Assembly (NCBI GenBank): GCA_030647115.1
Contig: JAUSJZ010000010.1
Coordinates: forward strand, 4,540-68,539
Direction: 5' to 3'
DNA length: 64,000 nt
Source: a bacterium
GTDB lineage: Bacteria > Patescibacteriota > UBA1384 > CAILIB01 > JAUSJZ01
In this document: piece after piece, positions 1-7,749 of the stretch
Position numbering within the stretch: the stretch's first letter is position 1
Layout of the letters: each line of letters starts with the position of its first letter
Notes under the pieces: model-generated
What the model saw: the letters and a program-made list of their open reading frames with translations, nothing else
What the model was told of the DNA's origin: nothing
Database searches by the model: none
Program-made: the position numbers and the translations under genes

Positions 1-159
1 ATGGTGGTGCGAGATCCATTGCTATCGTCAATCAACACTACCTCGCTCGAGCGTATTTGCTCATTGATAGGCAGCAAACTATGTGCCGAATTGAATTTGG
101 TATTTCGCTTACTCAACTACTGAAACAATTTACCAGATACATCGTACTCTGACAATACC

Positions 160-915
160 TCATTTGATATTGGGATTCTTTTTGACAATAAGACGTAACG
201 CTTTAGGGATGACACTGAACTCAATTGGAGTACGGGCAATAGTGGTACGGTCGATTATCAGATTAATTGGCTCGGGTGACGTTAGACGTAACGTGTCGGC
301 ACTAAATTCACTCACCGACAGTGGTAAATCATGATGTTTGAACCGCTGCCACCAGCCGCCGAAACCGGTCTTTTGTTGTAAGACCACCTCACAGCGCACT
401 ACTACCTGATGTTCGTTGTTGGCGGTGGTACGGGTGTTAATAGTAACGGTGGCCGGGGTCAGTTTAGCTTGATAATCGGCGGTTATGACGGTAATTTCGC
501 CGCGACCGCTGACATCGAGTATGGCCTTGGTTAAGAATAAATTGCTGTTGTTGATGTGACCCAACGGGGCGTGCTGCCAACGGCGTTGGCGCAGAGCCAC
601 AATTGCCTCTTCCCAATTGCTGACCCCTATTTTTTCTAATAAGGCCAGGTGTTCACCCAGAGGGATGATGCCGAGTACCATATCAAACCGCAGTAGCCGG
701 GCCGCTACTTTGTTAACCAATTTGGGGTCGCCGACCGCCACCACCGTCTGGTAACCTTTCTGATGGGCATCTGATAGACAGTATTCGATGCTTTTAGTCG
801 GGTTCAAATGAATAATTTCACCAGCAATACCTTGGCTTACTACAGCATCTTCAATCTGTTTTGCTGTTTCAGCCAACCGCCTATTGGTGGGTTGGTCGAA
901 GATAAAATAGTACAC
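160..915 (-). CDS. DAGK_cat-family lipid kinase-like protein (YegS/BmrU-like) with degenerate GGDGT motif
   Basis: 251 aa. It has the GIIPLG segment typical of the diacylglycerol-kinase catalytic fold, but the canonical GGDGT is replaced by VGDPKL. It is co-oriented 15 bp downstream of the bactofilin gene, suggesting an operon. Confidence 0.5.
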   Translation of the reverse strand: MYYFIFDQPTNRRLAETAKQIEDAVVSQGIAGEIIHLNPTKSIEYCLSDAHQKGYQTVVAVGDPKLVNKVAARLLRFDMVLGIIPLGEHLALLEKIGVSNWEEAIVALRQRRWQHAPLGHINNSNLFLTKAILDVSGRGEITVITADYQAKLTPATVTINTRTTANNEHQVVVRCEVVLQQKTGFGGWWQRFKHHDLPLSVSEFSADTLRLTSPEPINLIIDRTTIARTPIEFSVIPKALRLIVKKNPNIK

Positions 916-930
916 GCCCTAAAAGAGAAA

Positions 931-1485
931 TTACTCTTCTAGTTCTAGTTTGGGCTTGGGTTTTTTGATGGGTTCTTCGGGCTCTGTCTCATCTTCAGTA
1001 TCGTCTTCAGTATCGTCTTTAACTTTGGGTTCGTCTTCAGCCTCGGGTTCGTCTTCATCTTCACCTTCAACCTCGGTTTCGCCTTCATCTTCGTCGGTAC
1101 TACCGATACTAGATTTTAGGGAAGAGAGCCTGTCTTCAGCTATAATCGGTGGTTTAATATCAACCATCGCCGATGAGCCGTTAAAAATGGCCCCCGGTTG
1201 AACGTGCAGGGTTTTGACCTTGACGTCACCGTCTACTCGACTCTCCGGTAGCATCTCGAGGGTATCGCTGGCTTCGATTGAGCCCTCAACCGCCCCGGCC
1301 ACCTGAACATTCTGGGCCTTAATTGGGCCAACGACCTTGGCATTTACCCCGACGACTACCGATTCATCAGAAATAACATCGCCCTTAACCGTACCGTTAA
1401 TCAAAATTGAACCACTATTTTTGATGCTGCCGGCTAGCTCAACATCTTCACCGACCATTGTGTCAAACTCTTGGGTGTTCTCCAT
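931..1485 (-). CDS. bactofilin-family cytoskeletal protein with polyacidic C-terminal tail
   Basis: 184 aa. A repeated G-x-V/I beta-helix pattern (INGTVKGDVISDESVVVGVNAKVVGPIKAQNVQVAGAVEGSIEA) is characteristic of the bactofilin domain. The C-terminal ~60 aa are D/E/T-rich low complexity encoded by short tandem DNA repeats (e.g. TCTTCAGTATCG x2 near 985-1010). Confidence 0.7.
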   Translation of the reverse strand: MENTQEFDTMVGEDVELAGSIKNSGSILINGTVKGDVISDESVVVGVNAKVVGPIKAQNVQVAGAVEGSIEASDTLEMLPESRVDGDVKVKTLHVQPGAIFNGSSAMVDIKPPIIAEDRLSSLKSSIGSTDEDEGETEVEGEDEDEPEAEDEPKVKDDTEDDTEDETEPEEPIKKPKPKLELEE

Positions 1486-1544
1486 TTGAGGCCCTTACTT
1501 GTCTTGTATAACTAGTGTAGCACACTATTATCAAGTCATAGTGC

Positions 1545-1573
1545 TTGCTAAAAATGAAAAACTATGATAAATT
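1545..1573 (+). promoter_or_regulatory. candidate sigma70-like promoter for uvrA (TTGCTA-N17-TGaTAAATT, extended -10)
   Basis: Hexamers sit with a 17-nt spacer and a TG extended -10 in the 118-bp divergent intergenic region, about 30 bp upstream of the uvrA ATG. This is a motif match only. Confidence 0.3.
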
Positions 1574-1602
1574 CGCTCTGATTTAGATTTAATTTTGAAC
1601 GA

Positions 1603-4452
1603 ATGCATGAATCGGTTATAACCGTTACCGGTGCCCGCGAACACAACCTCAAAAATATTGACATAATTATCCCCAAGGACAAGCTGGTAGTAATTACCGG
1701 TTTGAGTGGCTCGGGTAAATCTTCGCTAGCCTTTGATACTCTTTATGCCGAAGGCCAACGTCGCTATGTCGAGAGTCTATCGGCCTATGCCAGACAGTTT
1801 TTGGGTATCATGGAGAAACCCGATGTCGATCACATTGAAGGGTTATCGCCGGCGATCTCGATTGACCAGAAAAATAGCTCGCGTAACCCCCGTTCAACGG
1901 TAGGCACGGTCACTGAAATATACGATTACATGCGCCTTTTATGGGCTCGAGTGGGAGAAGTCTACTGTCCCAAGGGCCACGGCAAGGTTGAACAGCAATC
2001 AGCCAGCCAAATAGCCGATAAGATTATCAGCCTGGCCAAGGGTAAAGTGGCTCGTATAATGATTCAGGCACCCTTGGTGCGTGATCGTAAAGGGGAACAT
2101 CGTTTAGTAATTTCCGGTTTAATAAAGAAAGGTATTGCTCGGGTAGCGGTTGATGGCCAGGTGTTGGAGATTGAAGAGGCCGCCACCCTAGATCTAGACA
2201 AACAGAAGAAACACACCATCGCGGCGGTTATCGACCGCTTATTGGTTGATGGCACCGAAGGCGATAAAACCGATTTAAGTCAGGAAGAACGCATTCGAAT
2301 ACTCGATTCGGTCGAAAAAGCCCTGAAGATCTCGGACGGCTTAGTGGAGATAGTTGATACCGAGAAAGGGAAGTCGGAGTTGTTCAGTGAACACTTTGCC
2401 TGCAACAAGTGTGACTTTGCTCTGCCCGAATTGGAGCCGCGCGTCTTTTCATTTAACAGTCCCCACGGGGCCTGCCCGAAGTGTCAGGGTCTGGGTACTT
2501 TACAGCAGCTAGATGCCAAGCGCATTGTACCCAACGGCAAGCTGACTATCTCTGAAGGGGCTATTAGACCGTGGAGTCGTTCGACCAACAGTGAGACCTG
2601 GATGATGCGCATATTACAGGCGGTTGTCACTAAACACAATTTTGACCTTGATACGCCGTTCAATAAACTAAAAAAGAGACAACAAGACATTGTGCTCTAC
2701 GGCACCGCCGAAGAGCTATACAGTGTCAACGGTTACGAAACAATGTATGAGGGTGTCATACCAAATTTAGCGCGCCGCCATAAAGAGACCGACTCCGATT
2801 ACATTCGGACCGAGATTGAAAAATATATGATTAGCCAGATCTGCCCCGTCTGTTTGGGTGGTCGTCTCAAAGAAGAGATCAAGTCTATCAAAATTGGGGA
2901 TAAGTCAATTGTGGAAGCCAATGCGATGGATATCAACCTGGCCGAGACTTTCTATCTTAATCTACCCAAGAAGCTAAGTGAGATGCAGTTAACAATTGCT
3001 AATCAGGTGCTGAAAGAGATCTCGACGCGCATTAAGTTCTTAAAAAATGTTGGTTTGGATTATCTGACACTAGATCGCAGTGCGACCACTCTGGCCGGCG
3101 GCGAAGCGCAGCGAATTCGACTGGCGACTCAAATCGGTTCCGGTTTAACGGGGGTTCTTTATATTTTAGACGAGCCCTCAATTGGGCTCCACCAACGCGA
3201 TAACGACAAACTGCTCGAGACCTTAAAAGAACTGCGCGACCTGGGTAACTCGGTCATTGTAGTGGAGCACGACGAGGATACGATGCGAGCGGCCGACTAC
3301 TTAATTGATATTGGGCCTGGTGCCGGCAAGCACGGTGGTGAGGTGGTCGCTTTGGGTACGCCCGAAGAGGTGACCAAAGCCAAGGGGTTAACGGCCGAAT
3401 ATCTACGGGGTGATAAAAAGATCAAGGTGCCGACGGTGCGTCGCCAACCGACCAGACGCGAACTAACGGTGGTAAAGGCGAGCGCCAATAATCTGAAAGA
3501 TATTAACGTGACCATTCCGTTAGGTTTGTTCGTCTGTGTCACGGGTGTCTCTGGTTCGGGTAAATCCACCTTAGTCTACGACATTGTGGCTAAAACACTG
3601 GCCGGACACTATCACCGCGCCCGCACCATACCGGGCCAACACAAAGAGATTAAGGGTCTAGAACAACTTGATAAGGTTATTATTATTGATCAGTCACCCA
3701 TTGGGCGTACACCGCGCAGTAACCCCGCTACCTACACCGGTGTCTTTACCTACGTACGCGAGCTGTTTGCGGCGACCAAAGAGGCCAAATCACGCGGGTA
3801 CAGTTCGGGGCGCTTCTCCTTCAATGTTAAGGGAGGTCGTTGTGAAGCCTGTGCCGGTGACGGTGTCAAAAAAATTGAAATGAACTTCTTACCCGATATT
3901 TACGTCAAGTGTGAGGTCTGTAAGGGTAAACGCTATAACGAAGAGGCACTGCAGATTATGTACAAGGGCAAAACCACGGCCGAGGTCTTAGACATGACCA
4001 TTGATGAAGCACTGGAGTTCTTTCAGAACATCACGGCCATTAAACGCAAATTAAAGGTTCTGTCAGATGTCGGCTTGGGTTATATGCACCTGGGGCAGCC
4101 GGCGACGACACTGTCGGGTGGTGAGGCGCAGCGTATTAAACTGGCCAGTGAACTATCCCGTCGCAGCACCGGTCGAACCATCTATATTTTGGATGAACCG
4201 ACTACCGGTCTGCATTTCGATGACATCAACCGCCTGTTGCAGGTGCTACAGCGTCTGGTGAGCAAGGGCAACTCGGTCTTGGTGATTGAGCATAACATTG
4301 ACGTCATCAAGAGTGCCGACTGGATCATTGACCTCGGCCCCGAGGGTGGGGCGAAGGGTGGTTATGTCATTGTGGAGGGTTCGCCCGAGACGGCGGCGGC
4401 TCACGCCAAGAGCTATACCGGTCAGTATTTGAAAAGAGTACTATCGAAGTAG
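1603..4452 (+). CDS. uvrA: excinuclease ABC subunit A (UvrA)
   Basis: 949 aa. It has two ABC ATPase modules (Walker [15 protein letters not shown] and [10 protein letters not shown], signature LSGGEAQR x2) and zinc-finger Cys clusters (CNKCDF..CPKCQG; CEACAG..CEVCKG). The length is canonical for UvrA. Confidence 0.97.
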   Translation: MHESVITVTGAREHNLKNIDIIIPKDKLVVITGLSGSGKSSLAFDTLYAEGQRRYVESLSAYARQFLGIMEKPDVDHIEGLSPAISIDQKNSSRNPRSTVGTVTEIYDYMRLLWARVGEVYCPKGHGKVEQQSASQIADKIISLAKGKVARIMIQAPLVRDRKGEHRLVISGLIKKGIARVAVDGQVLEIEEAATLDLDKQKKHTIAAVIDRLLVDGTEGDKTDLSQEERIRILDSVEKALKISDGLVEIVDTEKGKSELFSEHFACNKCDFALPELEPRVFSFNSPHGACPKCQGLGTLQQLDAKRIVPNGKLTISEGAIRPWSRSTNSETWMMRILQAVVTKHNFDLDTPFNKLKKRQQDIVLYGTAEELYSVNGYETMYEGVIPNLARRHKETDSDYIRTEIEKYMISQICPVCLGGRLKEEIKSIKIGDKSIVEANAMDINLAETFYLNLPKKLSEMQLTIANQVLKEISTRIKFLKNVGLDYLTLDRSATTLAGGEAQRIRLATQIGSGLTGVLYILDEPSIGLHQRDNDKLLETLKELRDLGNSVIVVEHDEDTMRAADYLIDIGPGAGKHGGEVVALGTPEEVTKAKGLTAEYLRGDKKIKVPTVRRQPTRRELTVVKASANNLKDINVTIPLGLFVCVTGVSGSGKSTLVYDIVAKTLAGHYHRARTIPGQHKEIKGLEQLDKVIIIDQSPIGRTPRSNPATYTGVFTYVRELFAATKEAKSRGYSSGRFSFNVKGGRCEACAGDGVKKIEMNFLPDIYVKCEVCKGKRYNEEALQIMYKGKTTAEVLDMTIDEALEFFQNITAIKRKLKVLSDVGLGYMHLGQPATTLSGGEAQRIKLASELSRRSTGRTIYILDEPTTGLHFDDINRLLQVLQRLVSKGNSVLVIEHNIDVIKSADWIIDLGPEGGAKGGYVIVEGSPETAAAHAKSYTGQYLKRVLSK

Positions 4453-4479
4453 TATCGGTCGCCAAAAAGGAGGCGGAAC

Positions 4480-4734
4480 ATGGTTCTACGCGATGACCGA
4501 ACGGGGAATCCACTGGGGGTACTGGTCTGGGCCGAAATTACCTTCAGTGATCACAGTGGTCCCAAGGGTAAGCTGTACCAGGCCTCTTCTGAAGAAGTAG
4601 CTCGCAATTGGATTGAGGATATCTTCAGAATAGGCCCCTGTTTCTACGGTCTGAAGCCACTCGACTGGCAGTGTCTACCTGCCGATACGGAGTCGCACGT
4701 CATTGCCATCGTGTCAGTCCCGGTCACCCCTTGA
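4480..4734 (+). CDS. hypothetical small protein (84 aa)
   Basis: A strong Shine-Dalgarno (AAAGGAGG) lies 7-8 nt upstream of the ATG. It is followed by a hairpin and T-run at 4723-4753. No recognisable family. Confidence 0.4.
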   Translation: MVLRDDRTGNPLGVLVWAEITFSDHSGPKGKLYQASSEEVARNWIEDIFRIGPCFYGLKPLDWQCLPADTESHVIAIVSVPVTP

Positions 4735-4753
4735 CGGGGTGGCCTTTTCTGTT
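4723..4753 (+). terminator. putative intrinsic terminator (CACCCC-ttgac-GGGGTG + TTTTCTGTT)
   Basis: A 6-bp GC stem whose loop contains the stop codon of the 4480-4734 ORF, followed by a T-rich tract. It lies directly upstream of the RNase P RNA. Confidence 0.35.
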
Positions 4754-4774
4754 ACAATCACCCTGACCACTTTT

Positions 4775-5110
4775 GGTGACTGATTACGTGGCTGCGCAAG
4801 CAGAGGAAAGTCCGGGCTTCAGTGTCATCGTTGTTGCTAACGGCAACCCACCGCAAGGTGCGAGCTAGTGCCACAGAAACGATACCTCCGGCGAAGCTCC
4901 AGAACGAAAGTATCAGGAGCGGAGCCGGAAAGGGTGAAATAGTGCGGTAAGAGCGCACTGGTTTGCTAGGTGACTAGCGAATCGAGGTAAACCTAACGGG
5001 AAGCAAGGTGGGTTGGACTGTAGACACATCAAAAGGTTGACACACCGTGTCTGTAGAACCCACCGCTTAGATAGATCACGTAATAAACAAAACCCGGCTT
5101 ATCGGTCACC
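4775..5110 (+). ncRNA. rnpB: RNase P RNA, bacterial type A
   Basis: It contains the universal GAGGAAAGTCCGGGCT (P4 5' strand), AAGGGTGAAAtaGTGCGGTAAGAGCGCAC (P10-P12 region) and ACAAAACCCGGCTTATCGGTCACC (P4 3' strand plus P1 3' strand, pairing with GGTGACTGAT at 4775-4784). Length is about 335 nt. The antisense ORF 4758-4958 is spurious. Confidence 0.85.
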
Positions 5111-5134
5111 AGGGGTGGTTTTTTAGTTAAACTA

Positions 5135-6034
5135 TTAGAGCAATCCGCCAGTCATAATTCGGTATTCTCTCTTGGAGTCCCAAATACTGGTTAGTGCTTT
5201 GAAATTCTTATCTGGTTCCAGCATTAATGTCGCCAACTGATCAATCTCTTGTAGTACTTTTTCTTTCAGGTTAGTAAAGTTGCTATAGCTGACAATCTCT
5301 GGAACATGTAGGTAAATGATTTCGTTGTTCATCAAGCAGTGAAAGTCATAAAACAACTCCCAAGCAATCGCCATTAATCCCTCAAAACCACCGGCATTGT
5401 AGAAATGTTTTTCGTCAATCTTGCCCGCGCGCACTTGCAACCAAGCAGCGGCAGAAAAGTCGAAAGTACCTTGTGGCAAATCATAGAAGTTTAGTTTTGT
5501 GTAATTGTGTAGACTACCGTCGACATCAATTGTGACCCAGCGTGATTGCCCCTCATCCCAGTACTGATCTATCCAATGATCATCACTTTTTCCTACCGGA
5601 AGACCCTCCACCATAAAATACGGAGCAAAGCCAGACCTAACTCTGGTGGGGATGCCTTTTGATTTTAAAATTGCTGCCACTAAAAGAGAGTCATGCCGGC
5701 AAGTCACAACTAGTTTATCTTCCGGATTGCGATCGAGAGTAAGCCCCCTGGCATCCCTTCTGAAAAGCTCTGCCATCATTGCTGAAACGGTTGGAAAAAC
5801 ATCATCTTCTGGTTGTCTGTACCAAGGAACCCTGTTCATGTCACCGTATTTCAAATCAGAATTAGTACCCGTATTGCCGGCTTTAAGAGTCGTGCGGTGG
5901 ATGATCTGTTTTCGCACCAAAAGTCCAATTTCCTTAATGTCGTTTGGTAATTCTTCTCTAAGGTACTTTTCATACAAACCAGGATTGGTATAGAGGCTAA
6001 AACACTTATAGTGGTCTATGATTACCTGTTGCAT
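5135..6034 (-). CDS. transglutaminase-like cysteine-protease superfamily protein
   Basis: 299 aa. A Cys-His-Asp arrangement (VVTCRHDSLLVAAILKSKGIPTRVRSGF ... DDHWIDQYWDEG ... WVTIDVD) is typical of the bacterial transglutaminase-like core. Confidence 0.55.
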   Translation of the reverse strand: MQQVIIDHYKCFSLYTNPGLYEKYLREELPNDIKEIGLLVRKQIIHRTTLKAGNTGTNSDLKYGDMNRVPWYRQPEDDVFPTVSAMMAELFRRDARGLTLDRNPEDKLVVTCRHDSLLVAAILKSKGIPTRVRSGFAPYFMVEGLPVGKSDDHWIDQYWDEGQSRWVTIDVDGSLHNYTKLNFYDLPQGTFDFSAAAWLQVRAGKIDEKHFYNAGGFEGLMAIAWELFYDFHCLMNNEIIYLHVPEIVSYSNFTNLKEKVLQEIDQLATLMLEPDKNFKALTSIWDSKREYRIMTGGLL

Positions 6035-6103
6035 GATTGAAATTTATATTATTTTTAGTCAAACTAACTCTACTTCCACATCTACTTCTTGCTCTCAAAC
6101 TAT

Positions 6104-6119
6104 GGTCGGGGACCTGGAT
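6104..6119 (-). repeat. direct repeat R1: degenerate copy of tRNA-Gln 3' end (GGTCGGGGACCTGGAT on plus strand)
   Basis: Matches the last ~17 nt (T-stem 3' strand plus acceptor 3' strand) of the tRNA-Gln at 6465-6538, with 1-2 mismatches. No upstream tRNA body is present. Confidence 0.7.
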
Positions 6120-6299
6120 TGAGGTTGTCAAGTCAGTCCCTCGCACCTTTTAAGCTTAATACTCGGGACTGATTTTGACAATCCTCGGTTGAATGGTGCC
6201 GTTTCAAGCTAATCGTACCATTCAACACGAACCAGTGGTTCGAACCCTTATCACTAGGTCAAAAGAAAAAGGTCTACCAGAAGGTAAACCTTTTTCTTT
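6120..6299. other. modular hairpin cassette unit 1: long imperfect hairpin, perfect 10-bp hairpin, CGAACCAgTGGTTCG palindrome, perfect 12-bp A/T hairpin
   Basis: Inverted repeats at 6121-6140/6165-6186, 6188-6197/6217-6226 (GTTGAATGGT/ACCATTCAAC), 6228-6242 and 6262-6273/6288-6299 (AAAGAAAAAGGT/ACCTTTTTCTTT). Confidence 0.6.
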
Positions 6300-6316
6300 G
6301 GCTCGGGGACCTGGAT
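6300..6316 (-). repeat. direct repeat R2: exact copy of tRNA-Gln 3' end (GGCTCGGGGACCTGGAT)
   Basis: A 17/17 match to the 3'-terminal T-stem/acceptor segment of tRNA-Gln. It is followed (6317-6464) by a second cassette with the same hairpin architecture as unit 1 but different stem sequences. Confidence 0.75.
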
Positions 6317-6464
6317 GGTGACCGTCAAGACAACCGTCATTGACTGTCACAGCCACCGTGGTCGTTGACACTATACCACGGTGGCCCGAACCAGTGGTTC
6401 GAATCCTTTACCTCAAAACAATACGCCATAGCTTCAGAAAGAAATTATCTGAAGCGACGGCGTA
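6317..6464. other. modular hairpin cassette unit 2 (same architecture as unit 1)
   Basis: Hairpins at 6317-6350 (GTGAC..GTCAA/TTGAC..GTCAC), 6353-6362/6375-6384 (CCACCGTGGT/ACCACGGTGG, perfect 10 bp), palindrome CGAACCAgTGGTTCG at 6387-6401, and hairpin 6431-6438/6448-6455 (GCTTCAGA/TCTGAAGC). Confidence 0.6.
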
Positions 6465-6538
6465 TGGCTCGGGGACCTGGATTCGAACCAGGATTCACGG
6501 CTTCAAAGGCCGCTGTCCTACCATTAGACGATCTCCGA
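6465..6538 (-). tRNA. tRNA-Gln (anticodon UUG), CCA encoded
   Basis: Minus-strand cloverleaf: acceptor TCGGAGA/TCCCCGA (one A:C mismatch at pair 5:68); D arm GTCT/AGAC-like; anticodon stem GCGGC/GCCGT with loop CTTTGAA (U33, anticodon TTG, A37); T arm CCTGG-TTCGAAT-CCAGG; discriminator G; CCA. The 3' half closely resembles E. coli tRNA-Gln (GGTTCGAATCCAGG..CC.AGCCA), including the weak U1:A72 pair and G73. Confidence 0.85.
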
Positions 6539-6551
6539 ATACGGTTCAACT

Positions 6552-6944
6552 TTACTCGTTTGGCACGTATAAGTAAACCTGTCGCTCTCTGAACCCCAAC
6601 TTTTGGTAAAGCAGGTGCGCTTCGGGTGAACCGGGGTCGGCGTAGACGTAACAATCTGGATATTGTACCAAGACCATCTGCATCAAGGCCGAGGCGATGC
6701 CCTGGCGACGATAATTGGGGTCAACCAGCAAATCGGCGACTAGAGTAAAGCCCACTCCATCGCTAATGGCGCGCACAACCGCCACCACCTGATTATCAAT
6801 CGCGGCGTAAGCGGCAAAATTGCTTTTGGAGAAGGCGAAAATGACTCGCTCTTGGCGGGCAAGATCCCAATCGGGGTGGGCCAGGGTCAGTAAGGAGAGA
6901 TGTTGGTCGTGTTGGGGGGCGATGGGGTAGTAGGTAATCATCAT
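6552..6944 (-). CDS. GNAT-family N-acetyltransferase
   Basis: About 130 aa from the internal Met (MMITYYPIAPQ...). The acetyl-CoA-binding motif A is VDPNYRRQGIASALMQ. The listed ORF start at 7118 was trimmed because the N-terminal 58 aa overlap the divergent 7000 gene and lie outside the GNAT fold. Confidence 0.7.
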   Translation of the reverse strand: MMITYYPIAPQHDQHLSLLTLAHPDWDLARQERVIFAFSKSNFAAYAAIDNQVVAVVRAISDGVGFTLVADLLVDPNYRRQGIASALMQMVLVQYPDCYVYADPGSPEAHLLYQKLGFRERQVYLYVPNE

Positions 6945-6999
6945 TACTATTATACATTTGTCGAAATTACAGTACAATAATGGAAAATAGTAATTAGCT

Positions 7000-7713
7000 A
7001 TGCTTGCTATCATCTCGAACGCCCGACGTGGAGTACGCTGGTGGGTAAAGGTCTTATGGTCGTTACTGTTAATTGTGGTGGCTGTCTTGGTGGTAATGTC
7101 GATAGACCGACGTACCAAGCCGGTTAACTTAAATCAACCGGGCCAGACCGGGGGCACCGATTCCCAAAAATTAGAACCAACCGCTACTAATGAGACTGCG
7201 ATCGACACCCCGGTACCACCGGTTACCACTGAAGCTCCAAAAAAAGAAGAGACGCCGGTTACCGAAAACAAGCCGGCCGAGCCGGTCAATTATGATGGCA
7301 CCGACGTTCATCTAGGCCCCATTACGGTTAAAATACCGAAACAGTGGTACTTTACCTACTCGCAAGAGTCGGTCGGCCAACTGCTTAACTTCGGGACGCA
7401 GACTTTTGGCCCCGATAACCCTTATACAGCCGCTATGGCTGACGATGCTAGTGGTTACGTGGGCCCATACGAGAGCATCCCTTCCGAGGCAGTGGGGGCC
7501 TTAGTTGAAACCAATAATATCACACTAGCCAACGGCCAAACTATTGAGAAGAAAGTCTACCGCGGCAATACGGCTGACAATGTTGATCTAACCCAGGTGG
7601 TGGTGAAGCTGAAAGTGGCCGATAAAGAATATGGGGTGCTGTTTTATACCCAATCAAAAAACGACACCCAACTGAAACGACTGTCAGACATGTTGCAGAT
7701 TATGGCCTATTAG
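7000..7713 (+). CDS. hypothetical membrane-anchored protein (N-terminal TM, Thr/Pro-rich linker, globular C-domain)
   Basis: 237 aa. The hydrophobic segment VKVLWSLLLIVVAVLVVM follows basic residues. No family recognised. Confidence 0.5.
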   Translation: MLAIISNARRGVRWWVKVLWSLLLIVVAVLVVMSIDRRTKPVNLNQPGQTGGTDSQKLEPTATNETAIDTPVPPVTTEAPKKEETPVTENKPAEPVNYDGTDVHLGPITVKIPKQWYFTYSQESVGQLLNFGTQTFGPDNPYTAAMADDASGYVGPYESIPSEAVGALVETNNITLANGQTIEKKVYRGNTADNVDLTQVVVKLKVADKEYGVLFYTQSKNDTQLKRLSDMLQIMAY

Positions 7714-7749
7714 CTTGCTCGACAACCCATTATCTGATAAGGCTAAAGG

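Noticed and set aside
950-1201. Ser-rich 83-aa plus-strand ORF
   Set aside because: Antisense to the repeat-encoded polyacidic tail of the bactofilin gene. Low-complexity artefact of the repeat.
6100-6420. Possible tmRNA (ssrA) on the minus strand, suggested by GGATTCGAAC resembling the tmRNA 5' end and a tRNA-like 3' end
   Set aside because: No consistent acceptor-stem pairing or T-loop could be built for either unit. The resemblance is explained by copies of the tRNA-Gln T-arm/acceptor. Left as unresolved structured repeats.
6100-6500. CRISPR array
   Set aside because: Only three repeat copies, and they equal a tRNA 3' end. Spacers are themselves highly self-complementary and of unequal length. 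No cas genes.
6340-6654. Three overlapping ORFs (6340-6576 +, 6365-6592 +, 6445-6654 -)
   Set aside because: They lie over the tRNA-Gln gene and the hairpin/repeat cassette. Arg-rich translations are typical of GC-structured non-coding RNA.
6945-7118. N-terminal 58 aa of the listed 6552-7118 minus-strand ORF
   Set aside because: Overlaps the divergent 7000-7713 gene and lies outside the GNAT fold. Start moved to the internal Met at 6944.
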